Assembly (NCBI GenBank): GCA_017451485.1
Contig: JAFTOG010000013.1
Location: 527 to 64,526 of the forward strand
From: Clostridia bacterium
GTDB taxonomy: Bacteria; Bacillota; Clostridia; Oscillospirales; CAG-272
Direction of reading: 5' to 3'
DNA: 64,000 nucleotides
Position numbers and translations under genes: made by a program. Positions within the stretch are counted from its first letter, which is position 1; each line of letters opens with the position of its first letter. Positions 21,101 through 28,238 of this stretch are shown piece by piece. Under the pieces are notes generated by a model. The model had not been told where the DNA came from. It saw only the letters and a list, made by a program, of their open reading frames with translations, and did not search any database.

Positions 21101-22518
21101 ACCTGAACTTCTCTGGAGATGTACAAGGTAAGGTACATAAATATACAGAGGATCTTTTCGGTGCGGAAAATGTTTTTAGAGCAGGAACAATTGGTACAAT
21201 AGCACCAAAAACTGCCTATGGTTATATTGCCAACTATATGGATGAGCATAAGATAACAGTTAATAAGGCAGAGGTTGCAAGACTTGTAGAGCTTTGTACA
21301 GGTGTAAAAAGAACCACGGGACAGCACCCGGGAGGAATAGTAGTTGTACCTAAGGAAAACGAGATATATGATTTTTGCCCCGTACAGCATCCTGCAGACG
21401 ATGCTACCTCGGACATTATAACTACTCACTTTACCTTTGAGTATCTTCATGATACACTTCTGAAGCTTGACGAGTTAGGACACGATATTCCAACAAAGTA
21501 TAAAATGCTTGAAACATATACCGGTACATCTGTACTTGATGTTCCAATGAACGACAAAAAGGTTTATGAGCTTTTGTTAAGTACTGAGCCACTTGGATCA
21601 AAGGATCTTCTTAAGGATCTTAATTGTACTGTAGGTACATACGGATTACCCGAGCTTGGTACGAGGTTTGTACAACAGATGCTTGAGGATTCAAAGCCAA
21701 AGAATTTCTCGGATTTATTACAGATCTCCGGACTTTCTCACGGTACGGATGTATGGCTTGGTAATGCACAGGATCTTATAAAGAAGGGTACATGTACTAT
21801 TTCTGAGGTTGTTGGAACACGAGACAGTATTATGATTTACCTTATTTATAAGGGCCTTGATAAGAGTATGGCGTTCAAGATAATGGAGGATGTACGTAAG
21901 GGTAAGGGAGTTAAACCCGAGTATGAGGAGGCCATGAAGGCAAATAATGTGCCTGAATGGTATATTAGCTCCTGTAAAAAAATAAAATATATGTTCCCTA
22001 AGGCACACGCTGTTGCATACGACATATCTGCTATCCGACTTGGATGGTATAAAATCTATTATCCTATGGAGTTTTATGCTGCATATCTTACAGTTGCACC
22101 CGGAGGCTTTGAGGCATCAATGGTATCAAAGGGTAAGCGTGGTATTCTTAACAGGCTTGAAGAAATAGAAAAGAAGGGTATGGATGCAACACAGAAGGAA
22201 AAGGAAATGGTTGTGGCTCTTCAGTTAGCTTATGAATGCCTTGCAAGAAATATAGAGTTTTTACCCGTTGATTTTTACAAATCAGATGCATTTAAGTTTT
22301 TACCCGAGAACGGTAAAATAAGGCTTCCTTTCTCATCTATTGCAGGTATCGGTGACACAGCAGCAGAAAAGATTGCAGAGGCCCGAGACAGTGGAGAGGT
22401 ATTCTCAATAGAGGATTTCCATCAAAAAACCTCCCTCTCGAAAACTGTTATGCAGCTTTTACAGGATAATGGAGTTTTCGGTAATATGTCTGCCACCAAT
22501 CAGATATCTATGTTCTGA
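18136..22518 (+). CDS. polC: DNA polymerase III PolC (Gram-positive type alpha subunit)
   Basis: 1460 aa. PHP HLHTMMS, exonuclease FDIETTG...HNATFD, Zn finger CPKCKYSEF...CPHCG, polymerase core. Confidence 0.95.
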   Translation: MNLIERFPKYTPTDSFIPMMKDGTVLSTKVEKELRYMDLTVRFTEIVRKDKLYSFIDEIKSAYGLNRLSIATKYDSSLLSADYIDDIIFETYKRGAISQGFFSDYTYDFSYDNIIIKVPFIRGGIELLENGHTDNIISDIIFEEFGVRIPVTVKQREDYEKVHNNFEKEKISTLKKALEQQKIANAKSAKEEKEASIKEMRAEYKKSMSFNESEERAVIEDGKVKCGAMTFDISSKEYVAGGTFEIENIVPISKIENGMHGIVVLGKVFEITEKPIKRGSSIAVQIGITDNISSIYIKDVVSASEKDELLSIFKKGEAYAIRCIVKTDTFDNELQLIYTDVYRIGIIERMDNAPEKRVELHLHTMMSQLDATIEPTEIVKLAKKWGHKAVAITDHGNVQGFPPVMLASEKHDMKIIYGMEAYFVNNTSIPVSGNKNVDFDGEFCVFDIETTGKSNINDRITEIGAVIIKDGEVIDTYNSFVNPEMPIPQNIVEITGITDDMVRDARTIDKVLPDFFAFAGDRMLVAHNATFDTGFIRQACNKLGIEFNYSYLDTLALSRYVNTDLKRHKLDIIVKYFKLGEFEHHRAFNDAEMLSKVLVCMFDKLRAEGIYDIDSMVNQIRTNTDPLKLNSYHQIILVKNRIGLKNLYKLISNGFLKYYKKHPRVLKTELMELREGLIIGSACEAGELFQAIVDGKSETEIEEIADFYDYLEIQPLCNNMFMVRKGDATVEDLKNFNRRIIELGEKLGKPVVATCDAHFINKEDEICRKILLAGQKFADADSDVGLYFRTTEEMLAEFEYLGKEKAYEVIVTNTNKIADMIDYEDIRPFPKGTFTPKMEGAEEDLQKMCWDRAMNMYGFQGVIPDIVKERLEKELTSIINNGFAVLYMIAQKLVYYSESQGYLVGSRGSVGSSFVATMAGISEVNPLQPHYVCPKCKYSEFITDGSVGSGFDLPDKNCPHCGKKMLNEGHDIPFETFLGFKGDKSPDIDLNFSGDVQGKVHKYTEDLFGAENVFRAGTIGTIAPKTAYGYIANYMDEHKITVNKAEVARLVELCTGVKRTTGQHPGGIVVVPKENEIYDFCPVQHPADDATSDIITTHFTFEYLHDTLLKLDELGHDIPTKYKMLETYTGTSVLDVPMNDKKVYELLLSTEPLGSKDLLKDLNCTVGTYGLPELGTRFVQQMLEDSKPKNFSDLLQISGLSHGTDVWLGNAQDLIKKGTCTISEVVGTRDSIMIYLIYKGLDKSMAFKIMEDVRKGKGVKPEYEEAMKANNVPEWYISSCKKIKYMFPKAHAVAYDISAIRLGWYKIYYPMEFYAAYLTVAPGGFEASMVSKGKRGILNRLEEIEKKGMDATQKEKEMVVALQLAYECLARNIEFLPVDFYKSDAFKFLPENGKIRLPFSSIAGIGDTAAEKIAEARDSGEVFSIEDFHQKTSLSKTVMQLLQDNGVFGNMSATNQISMF

Positions 22519-22530
22519 TTATATAAGTAC

Positions 22531-22566
22531 AAAACTGACTGTATATTATGTACAGTCAGTTTTTTA
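22531..22566. terminator. bidirectional intrinsic terminator (polC / FAD-oxidoreductase operon)
   Basis: ACTGACTGTA / TACAGTCAGT hairpin flanked by AAAA and TTTTT, between convergent genes. Confidence 0.8.
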
Positions 22567-23619
22567 TTAATATTTTTTTATACTTTTAATACCGGATTTC
22601 ATTATTATAAATCTTAAAAAGGGAGAACACAGTATTTTTCTTTTTATTGTTTTCAAATATAATTTGATTCTGAGCTTAAAAGAATATTTTTTATACAGCT
22701 TCAAAACATTTTTACTTTTTTTGCTGTTTATAAATGCCAATGATAACATTTTACCGCTTGTCAGAGCAGAGCTAATTCCTTCAAATGAGCTGGAGCTTAT
22801 AAATCCGGCGGCTTCACCAATTAAATAGGCATTTTCCTTTCCGCATAAAAAATCCTTCCATCTCCGTGGACTTGAAAGCATACATGCCTCAGTTTTTTCG
22901 GGCTTACCGAATTTATACCCAATATATTCTTCAACCCTTAGTTTCTGTTCTTCGTATCTTTTTTTGCAGTCAGAGGTCTTGAATGCACCACCGTATATTA
23001 TGTAATCATCCTTGAATATAGTCCACGAGCAGCTGTCACTTGTATAAGGATCAAATATACAGGAATAGCATGGAAATAATCCCTTATCACATTTGAACCA
23101 TTCTTGTATCGAGGTATACGTATATGTCAAAGCAGGAAAAAGGGTCCGTCTAACTAAGGAATTTCCACCATCGGCACCGACAATGTAATCACAGGATATT
23201 TCAGCACCGCTCTTTAGCGTCACATTATAAATTGATTCATTTTTTCTAATATGAATGCATCTGTCATTAATTATATTCACTCCCTGAGGAATGAGAGAGA
23301 GAAGCCATTTATCAAATTTATATCTGTCCATATTCAGATAATGTCTTTGATAATATCTTTTGATACGGCTTTTTAAGTCTATAGTTTCAACCTCAAATAT
23401 CTGCGGGTCGGTCAATAAATACTTGGGTAGAGTGAGATTTAGCTTTGTAAGCTCCTTTTGAGCATCCGGAGCAAGGAGACCTCCACAGGGCTTTTTGTTT
23501 TCCTCTGTTTGTCCGTCTATAAGTGCAATGGAATAATTTTTATATTTATAAAGCTCTGATGCAAACATACATCCGGAGGGACCGGCACCTATTATTACAA
23601 TATCATAATGCTTATTCAT
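22567..23619 (-). CDS. FAD-dependent oxidoreductase (geranylgeranyl-reductase-like fold)
   Basis: Rossmann dinucleotide motif DIVIIGAGPSGC at residues 6-17 from ATG 23619, GADGGNSLVRR, C-terminal GEAAGFIS. The start overlaps the stop of the XRE gene by 8 nt. Confidence 0.7.
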   Translation of the reverse strand: MNKHYDIVIIGAGPSGCMFASELYKYKNYSIALIDGQTEENKKPCGGLLAPDAQKELTKLNLTLPKYLLTDPQIFEVETIDLKSRIKRYYQRHYLNMDRYKFDKWLLSLIPQGVNIINDRCIHIRKNESIYNVTLKSGAEISCDYIVGADGGNSLVRRTLFPALTYTYTSIQEWFKCDKGLFPCYSCIFDPYTSDSCSWTIFKDDYIIYGGAFKTSDCKKRYEEQKLRVEEYIGYKFGKPEKTEACMLSSPRRWKDFLCGKENAYLIGEAAGFISSSSFEGISSALTSGKMLSLAFINSKKSKNVLKLYKKYSFKLRIKLYLKTIKRKILCSPFLRFIIMKSGIKSIKKY

Positions 23620-23827
23620 TATTCTCACCGTCTACATATTCAAGTAGATCTCCGGGTTGACATTTAAAAACCTCACATAGCTTATCAAGAGTAGATATCT
23701 TAAATGCTTTTATTTTACCGTTTTTAAGAAGAGAAACATTTGCCATTGTAAAACCAACCTTTTCTGATAGCTCACCTACAGACATTTTTCTTTTTGCAAG
23801 CATTACATCTATATTTATTATTATCAT
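23612..23827 (-). CDS. small XRE-family HTH regulator (YozG-like)
   Basis: 71 aa. MIIINIDVMLAKRKMSVGELSEKVGFTMANVSLLKNGKIKAFKISTLDKLCEVFKCQPGDLLEY. 4-nt ATGA overlap with the upstream membrane gene. Confidence 0.8.
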   Translation of the reverse strand: MIIINIDVMLAKRKMSVGELSEKVGFTMANVSLLKNGKIKAFKISTLDKLCEVFKCQPGDLLEYVDGENNE

Positions 23828-24285
23828 AGAGTTAGATCTACCTCCTCCTTTAATTCAGTAGCTTTTTTAACATAGCTTGAAAGAATTAATAATACTGAAG
23901 AAACAGTATATCCAAGAGCAGAGACAAAAATAAGAGCAGGAGATAATAAACTTTCACCTATAGAAAGTATCCAAATGCTTGATGCTATAAGAATAGTGCA
24001 ATTCAAAATCAGCATTATTCCTATTACATTTAGGACAGTTGATGTATTTTTATTAAAAATAATATCTTTGTGTATAGCGTATATAAAATATGAGCCTGTT
24101 ATAAAAATTGCTATTGTTAGTGTGTAAATAACAGAGGATAGAACATATATAACCGAATAAGATTTGTTTGTAAAATCACCTATATATATTACCACATCAG
24201 GTAACCAAAAGATAAACATGGCAGTACTGCTTATTACAAGTAAAACAAGTATAAATGTAATTAGTATTGATATTTTTTTATTCAT
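23824..24285 (-). CDS. four-pass membrane protein (DUF2975-like, by architecture and pairing)
   Basis: 153 aa with four hydrophobic helices. GGGGG SD 8 nt upstream of ATG 24285. First gene of a coupled three-gene operon. Confidence 0.6.
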   Translation of the reverse strand: MNKKISILITFILVLLVISSTAMFIFWLPDVVIYIGDFTNKSYSVIYVLSSVIYTLTIAIFITGSYFIYAIHKDIIFNKNTSTVLNVIGIMLILNCTILIASSIWILSIGESLLSPALIFVSALGYTVSSVLLILSSYVKKATELKEEVDLTL

Positions 24286-24308
24286 ATAAATTACCCCCTT
24301 TTTGTAAT

Positions 24309-24337
24309 ATTATATAATATTTTCAATTGTATGTCAA
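24309..24337 (-). promoter_or_regulatory. perfect consensus sigma-A promoter of the DUF2975-like/XRE/FAD operon
   Basis: On the minus strand: TTGACA (24337-24332), 17 nt, TATAAT (24314-24309). Confidence 0.7.
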
Positions 24338-24343
24338 TAAAAA

Positions 24344-24362
24344 TTTATTGTAATACAATAAA
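24344..24362. promoter_or_regulatory. perfect 9-1-9 palindrome (candidate operator) abutting the -35
   Basis: TTTATTGTA-A-TACAATAAA with no mismatch, 6 nt upstream of the -35 hexamer. Confidence 0.55.
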
Positions 24363-24394
24363 AAGACCATTAATAAAATAATTAAAGGTCTTTA
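24362..24394 (-). terminator. terminator hairpin of the ROK-like regulator gene
   Basis: AAAGACCATTAAT / ATTAAAGGTCTTT hairpin with one mismatch overlaps the stop codon. Followed on the minus strand by TTTTATT. Confidence 0.5.
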
Positions 24395-25107
24395 ATATTT
24401 AGTATATTGGTTTTCATTGCTTTAATATTGGCATATTGTAATGCATCAAACATACCGAATACAGGATCTCCCGTAAACGATATTGTATAATCACAGGGAA
24501 ATATTTTCTGTATTTCTTCGGGAGTAGCACTTGTTTTGTTTATGTGTCCGTAAAGCGAGATATAACATTCCTTATTAAATTCTATTATTACAGCTCTGTC
24601 TGTTGGGCATAGATATTCTGCTATGAATTTTTTAAGTCGTACTGCTGTAATAAATTCCGGAAAAAGAGATATGGAGCTGTCATAGCAGTTAGCAAATATA
24701 TTGAGGCAATAAATATACTCAGGGCGTGTAGTAATTGATTTAACAGCTTCCCAAAAGTTTTCCTCATATGTATATCTCATTTTTTTAATGTAGTCATGTC
24801 GTATTATTACATTGCCAAAGGAATTTATACCAATTATCATATAAGAATATTTGTCTTCAAACATATAAATAGAGAAGGGTCTGTTTGACAGGACAAAATA
24901 TTGACTTCTTCTTCCTAATTTGTCTCCTATGATATTATATGTTCTTAAGTATTTCATATCGGAGAGCATATTTCCGATTTTTCTTACTGTAACATGACTG
25001 AGCCCGGTTTTTGCTTTTATTTCTTCAATTGATAATCCCTTTTCTTTAACGCATTCTAAAATATTTACAGCATTTTTGTTTCTCATATCATTGTGTTTCA
25101 TGTTCAT
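24382..25107 (-). CDS. winged-helix regulator with truncated ROK-like C-terminal domain
   Basis: Start re-set to ATG 25107 (ATG 25101 is an alternative). The N-terminus NKNAVNILECVKEKGLSIEEIKAKTGLSHVTVRKIGNMLSDMKYL is wHTH. GDKLGRRSQYFVLSNRPFSIYMFEDKYSYMIIGINSFGNVI resembles the ROK HTH-to-sugar-kinase junction. About 240 aa instead of about 400. Confidence 0.55.
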   Translation of the reverse strand: MNMKHNDMRNKNAVNILECVKEKGLSIEEIKAKTGLSHVTVRKIGNMLSDMKYLRTYNIIGDKLGRRSQYFVLSNRPFSIYMFEDKYSYMIIGINSFGNVIIRHDYIKKMRYTYEENFWEAVKSITTRPEYIYCLNIFANCYDSSISLFPEFITAVRLKKFIAEYLCPTDRAVIIEFNKECYISLYGHINKTSATPEEIQKIFPCDYTISFTGDPVFGMFDALQYANIKAMKTNILNIKDL

Positions 25108-25154
25108 CACCCATTTGATTATAATAATTTGGAAGTATAAAGTCAATAAAAAAC

Positions 25155-25183
25155 TTGAAAAATACAAAAATATGTTATATAAT
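25155..25183 (+). promoter_or_regulatory. sigma-A promoter of the orphan carrier-protein gene
   Basis: TTGAAA (25155-25160), 17 nt, TATAAT (25178-25183). Confidence 0.6.
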
Positions 25184-25217
25184 AGTGTAGGAAAGAGAAA
25201 ATAGGAGGAATCTATAA

Positions 25218-25445
25218 ATGTTTGATAAAATTCTTGGTATAATTTCCATACATCTTTCCATACCTGTAGAGGATCTGAGAGAAGAGATGACATTTGTCGA
25301 GCTTGGTATCGATTCTCTGACTCTTATGAAGATAATAATGGGGATAGAAAATATATTTGATATACATATAGAAGATGAAGAAATAGTAGAGCTTCGTGAT
25401 ATTACTGATATTTTTGAAGTATCTGCAAAGAAGATCTCGTTTTAA
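25218..25445 (+). CDS. stand-alone acyl/peptidyl carrier protein (PP-binding)
   Basis: 75 aa, acidic, with the phosphopantetheine attachment motif LGIDSLTLMKI. AGGAGG lies 9 nt upstream. Own promoter and terminator. Confidence 0.75.
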   Translation: MFDKILGIISIHLSIPVEDLREEMTFVELGIDSLTLMKIIMGIENIFDIHIEDEEIVELRDITDIFEVSAKKISF

Positions 25446-25460
25446 TTTCAGACACCTCTC

Positions 25461-25489
25461 GCACCGTTTTTTAACGGTGCAAATTTTTT
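25461..25489 (+). terminator. intrinsic terminator after the carrier-protein gene
   Basis: GCACCGTT / AACGGTGC hairpin followed by AAATTTTTT. Confidence 0.65.
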
Positions 25490-25511
25490 GTCGAAAAAAA
25501 TAAAATTCTTA

Positions 25512-25540
25512 TTGACAAACAAATTAGACAAGTGTATAAT
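25512..25540 (+). promoter_or_regulatory. consensus sigma-A promoter of the BlaI-family gene
   Basis: TTGACA (25512-25517), 17 nt, TATAAT (25535-25540). Confidence 0.65.
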
Positions 25541-25573
25541 AATAGGGCAACTAAAAAAAGAAAGGAAATGAAA

Positions 25574-25951
25574 ATGGACATATCAAAGAAATTGCCCGAG
25601 GCTGAATTTGATGTTATGGTAGCCCTTTGGAACAGTAAGGCTTATCCGGTCAATACGGCATATCTTATGGAAAATGTCGGTAAAGCGAAGGGTTGGAAGG
25701 CACCTACTCTTATTTCATTCCTTACAAGACTTGAAGATAGAGGATTTATTCATTCTGAAAAAAGGGGAAAGGAAAGATATTATTTCGTTGATGCTGTAAA
25801 AACAGATTATGTGCGTGGTATTACTGTAGATTTTCTTAATAAATATCACAACGGCTCTTTTGTAAAGATGCTTGATCTGCTTTACGGTAACAATACACTA
25901 CCCAATGATGAGCTTGATGAAATGCTAAAGTGGCTTCAAGAACAGTATTGA
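25574..25951 (+). CDS. BlaI/MecI/CopY-family transcriptional repressor
   Basis: Start re-set to ATG 25574. LPEAEFDVMVALWN...WKAPTLISFLTRLEDRGFIHSEKRGKERYYF is the typical Penicillinase_R winged helix. Confidence 0.8.
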   Translation: MDISKKLPEAEFDVMVALWNSKAYPVNTAYLMENVGKAKGWKAPTLISFLTRLEDRGFIHSEKRGKERYYFVDAVKTDYVRGITVDFLNKYHNGSFVKMLDLLYGNNTLPNDELDEMLKWLQEQY

Positions 25952-25975
25952 TGAATTTCGACAGCGAGTTTCGGA

Positions 25976-26008
25976 TTTGATGAAGGTGATATAGCTCACC
26001 TCATCAAA
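25976..26008 (+). other. long near-perfect hairpin downstream of the BlaI-family gene
   Basis: TTTGATGAAGGTGA / TCACCTCATCAAA with one bulged A and a 6-nt loop. No T-run directly after it. Confidence 0.5.
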
Positions 26009-26053
26009 TGTGTAAACGTAGGTTTCATCGGTTTTTAACAATCATTATAATTT

Positions 26054-26078
26054 AGAGCCGATTTTCGGCTCTTTTTTC
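26054..26078 (+). terminator. intrinsic terminator
   Basis: AGAGCCG / CGGCTCT hairpin followed by TTTTT. Confidence 0.7.
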
Positions 26079-26097
26079 ATTTTTTTACATTAATTCA

Positions 26098-26126
26098 TTG
26101 ACAAAGGTGTTAAAATATTATATGAT
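26098..26126 (+). promoter_or_regulatory. sigma-A promoter of ispD-ispF
   Basis: TTGACA (26098-26103), 17 nt, TATGAT (26121-26126). Confidence 0.6.
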
Positions 26127-26188
26127 AAAATAAATAATTAGATTTATGATTACAGATTCATACATATCTGTTGCCGGGAGGTATAAAA

Positions 26189-26941
26189 ATGGGATTATTT
26201 TCAAAAATTGCTAAAACCTTTGATACAGTAAAGCAGGGATATACATCAGCTATCATATTATGTGCTGGAAATTCAACAAGATTTGGTAAAGGCTTGGAAA
26301 ATAAACAAATGGCTCAGGTCTGCGGTAAAGGTGTAGCAGAAAGAACAATTTCCGTTTTTGAAAAATCTAAATGCGTAAAGGAAATTATATTGGTTGTCCG
26401 TAAGGAGGATTTACAAAAGTATAAGGAGCTTATTGTAATTAACGATTTCAAAAAAATAAGATGTATTGTTGTTGGTGGTGACACAAGACAAAACTCTGCA
26501 TTCAGAGGCTTCAGACATATTTCCGAAAAAACAAAGTATGTTATTTTTCATGACGGAGCAAGGTGCCTGGTTACTGAAGAAATTATAGAATCAGTTCTTA
26601 AAAAGGCAGTTGAATATAATGCGGCATCAGCAGCGTGCAGAGCAACAGATACTATAAAGTGGGTTGATGAAAACGGACTTGTTAAACGAACCCTTGACAG
26701 AGAGTTTGTATGGAATGTACAGACGCCTCAAGCCTTTGAAACAAAAACTTATAAAGCAAGTGCATATAATGCAAGACAGAAAAATATAGAGGTTACCGAT
26801 GATTGTATGCTTGCTGAAAAGGCTGGATTTAAGGTTAAGCTTGTAGATACAGGCAGGGAAAATATTAAAATAACGGTTAAAGAAGATATTGATTACGCTG
26901 AATATGTAATTTCTAAAAGAGAGGGGCGTATCAATAAATGA
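26189..26941 (+). CDS. ispD: 2-C-methyl-D-erythritol 4-phosphate cytidylyltransferase
   Basis: Start re-set to ATG 26189 with GGGAGG SD. AIILCAGNSTRFG, VHDGARC-like FHDGARCLV, VQTPQAF. Confidence 0.88.
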   Translation: MGLFSKIAKTFDTVKQGYTSAIILCAGNSTRFGKGLENKQMAQVCGKGVAERTISVFEKSKCVKEIILVVRKEDLQKYKELIVINDFKKIRCIVVGGDTRQNSAFRGFRHISEKTKYVIFHDGARCLVTEEIIESVLKKAVEYNAASAACRATDTIKWVDENGLVKRTLDREFVWNVQTPQAFETKTYKASAYNARQKNIEVTDDCMLAEKAGFKVKLVDTGRENIKITVKEDIDYAEYVISKREGRINK

Positions 26942-27414
26942 GAATAGGCCACGGATATGATGTACATCGTTTTACAGAGGGAGATCATCTTGTAATCGGT
27001 GGAGTAATAATACCCTATGAAAAAAGCTTTCTTGCTCATTCTGACGGTGATGTACTTATTCACGCTATTTGTGATGCTTTGCTTGGGGCATCCGGTTTAC
27101 CAGATATAGGAAATCTTTTTCCGGATAATTCTCCCGAGTTTGAAAATATAGATAGTAAAATTCTATTGAAGCGAGTTCTTGACAGAATTTCAGAAAAAGG
27201 TTTAGAAATAGAATATATTGATTGTACTGTAATAGCACAGGCACCCAAAATGGCTCCTCATATACAAAATATGAGGACTGCTTTGGCAAATACCCTTAAT
27301 ATTTCTGTGGAAATGATAAATGTAAAGGCTACAACTGAGGAAAAGCTTGGCTTTACAGGAAGAAAAGAGGGAATAAGTGCTCATAGTGTTTGTATATTAA
27401 AGAGCAAGGAATAA
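26938..27414 (+). CDS. ispF: 2-C-methyl-D-erythritol 2,4-cyclodiphosphate synthase
   Basis: MRIGHGYDVHRF, HSDGDVLIHAICDALLGA, ATTEEKLGFTGRKEGI. Confidence 0.93.
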   Translation: MRIGHGYDVHRFTEGDHLVIGGVIIPYEKSFLAHSDGDVLIHAICDALLGASGLPDIGNLFPDNSPEFENIDSKILLKRVLDRISEKGLEIEYIDCTVIAQAPKMAPHIQNMRTALANTLNISVEMINVKATTEEKLGFTGRKEGISAHSVCILKSKE

Positions 27415-27532
27415 GATATAAGACTCACATCCTTATATTTTAATTCCCGTCTTACCCCTTGCTCTGAGCTTTATTAATATCATATGATATTTGCCAATAT
27501 TTGACATTATATTACATTTACGAGAGGTTTTT

Positions 27533-28189
27533 ATGAAGCACATATCTCCATCCATCCTTGCATCCGATATGCTTAATTTGGGAAATGAAATTAAAAAAAT
27601 TGAAGAATCAGGTGCCAAATATGTACATATAGATATTATGGACGGTTGTTTTGTACCAAATATCAGCTTTGGTATGCCTGTTATATCAGCCGTCAGAGGA
27701 TGCACGGATCTTATTCTTGATGTTCATGCTATGATAATAGAGCCTGACAGATATATAGAAGAGTTTATTCGCTGCGGAGCAGATATTATCACATTCCATT
27801 ATGAAGCACTTGATAATATCCGTATTGTCAAGGCGATAGAGAAAATAAAAGCATACGAAAAAAAAGTAGGTATATCCATAAAGCCTAAAACAGAGGCAGA
27901 GGTTCTTTATCCGTATATCAATGATATAGACATGGTTCTTGTTATGACGGTAGAGCCGGGATTCGGCGGACAGAAATTTATGGAAGATACTATGGATAAG
28001 GTCAGAAAGGTTAGAGAATACGCCTTATCTATTGGAAAAGAGCTTGATATTCAGGTCGATGGAGGTATAAATGATACCACTATCAAAACAGCATCGGATG
28101 CAGGAGCTAATATCTTTGTTCTTGGCACAGGTTTTTTTAAGGCTGAAAAGGTCAAAACAGCCGAGGAAATACTCTCGTATACCTTATGA
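27533..28189 (+). CDS. rpe: ribulose-phosphate 3-epimerase
   Basis: Start re-set to ATG 27533. SPSILASD, HIDIMDGCFVPNISFG, MTVEPGFGGQKF. Confidence 0.92.
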   Translation: MKHISPSILASDMLNLGNEIKKIEESGAKYVHIDIMDGCFVPNISFGMPVISAVRGCTDLILDVHAMIIEPDRYIEEFIRCGADIITFHYEALDNIRIVKAIEKIKAYEKKVGISIKPKTEAEVLYPYINDIDMVLVMTVEPGFGGQKFMEDTMDKVRKVREYALSIGKELDIQVDGGINDTTIKTASDAGANIFVLGTGFFKAEKVKTAEEILSYTL

Positions 28190-28205
28190 TATAAACTCAA
28201 ATTAA

Positions 28206-28238
28206 AATAACGGCATTTTTAAGATGCCGTTATTTTGC
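28206..28238. terminator. bidirectional terminator (rpe / cysteine desulfurase)
   Basis: AATAACGGCAT / ATGCCGTTATT hairpin between convergent genes. Confidence 0.7.

Noticed and set aside
18136-22518. Intein or insertion in polC
   Set aside because: The 1460-aa length is normal for PolC. All expected domains appear in the usual order with no extra block or intein splice motifs.
25108-25293. N-terminal 62-aa extension of the ROK-like regulator ORF (track start 25293)
   Set aside because: The extension is hydrophobic and low-complexity. It runs through the divergent promoter region and overlaps the well-supported carrier-protein gene on the other strand. The wHTH begins right after the internal ATG at 25107/25101.
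25952-26053. Remnant of a blaR1-like sensor gene downstream of the BlaI-family gene
   Set aside because: The frames contain only a roughly 30-codon stretch with no similarity to M56 peptidase motifs. The region is better explained by hairpins.
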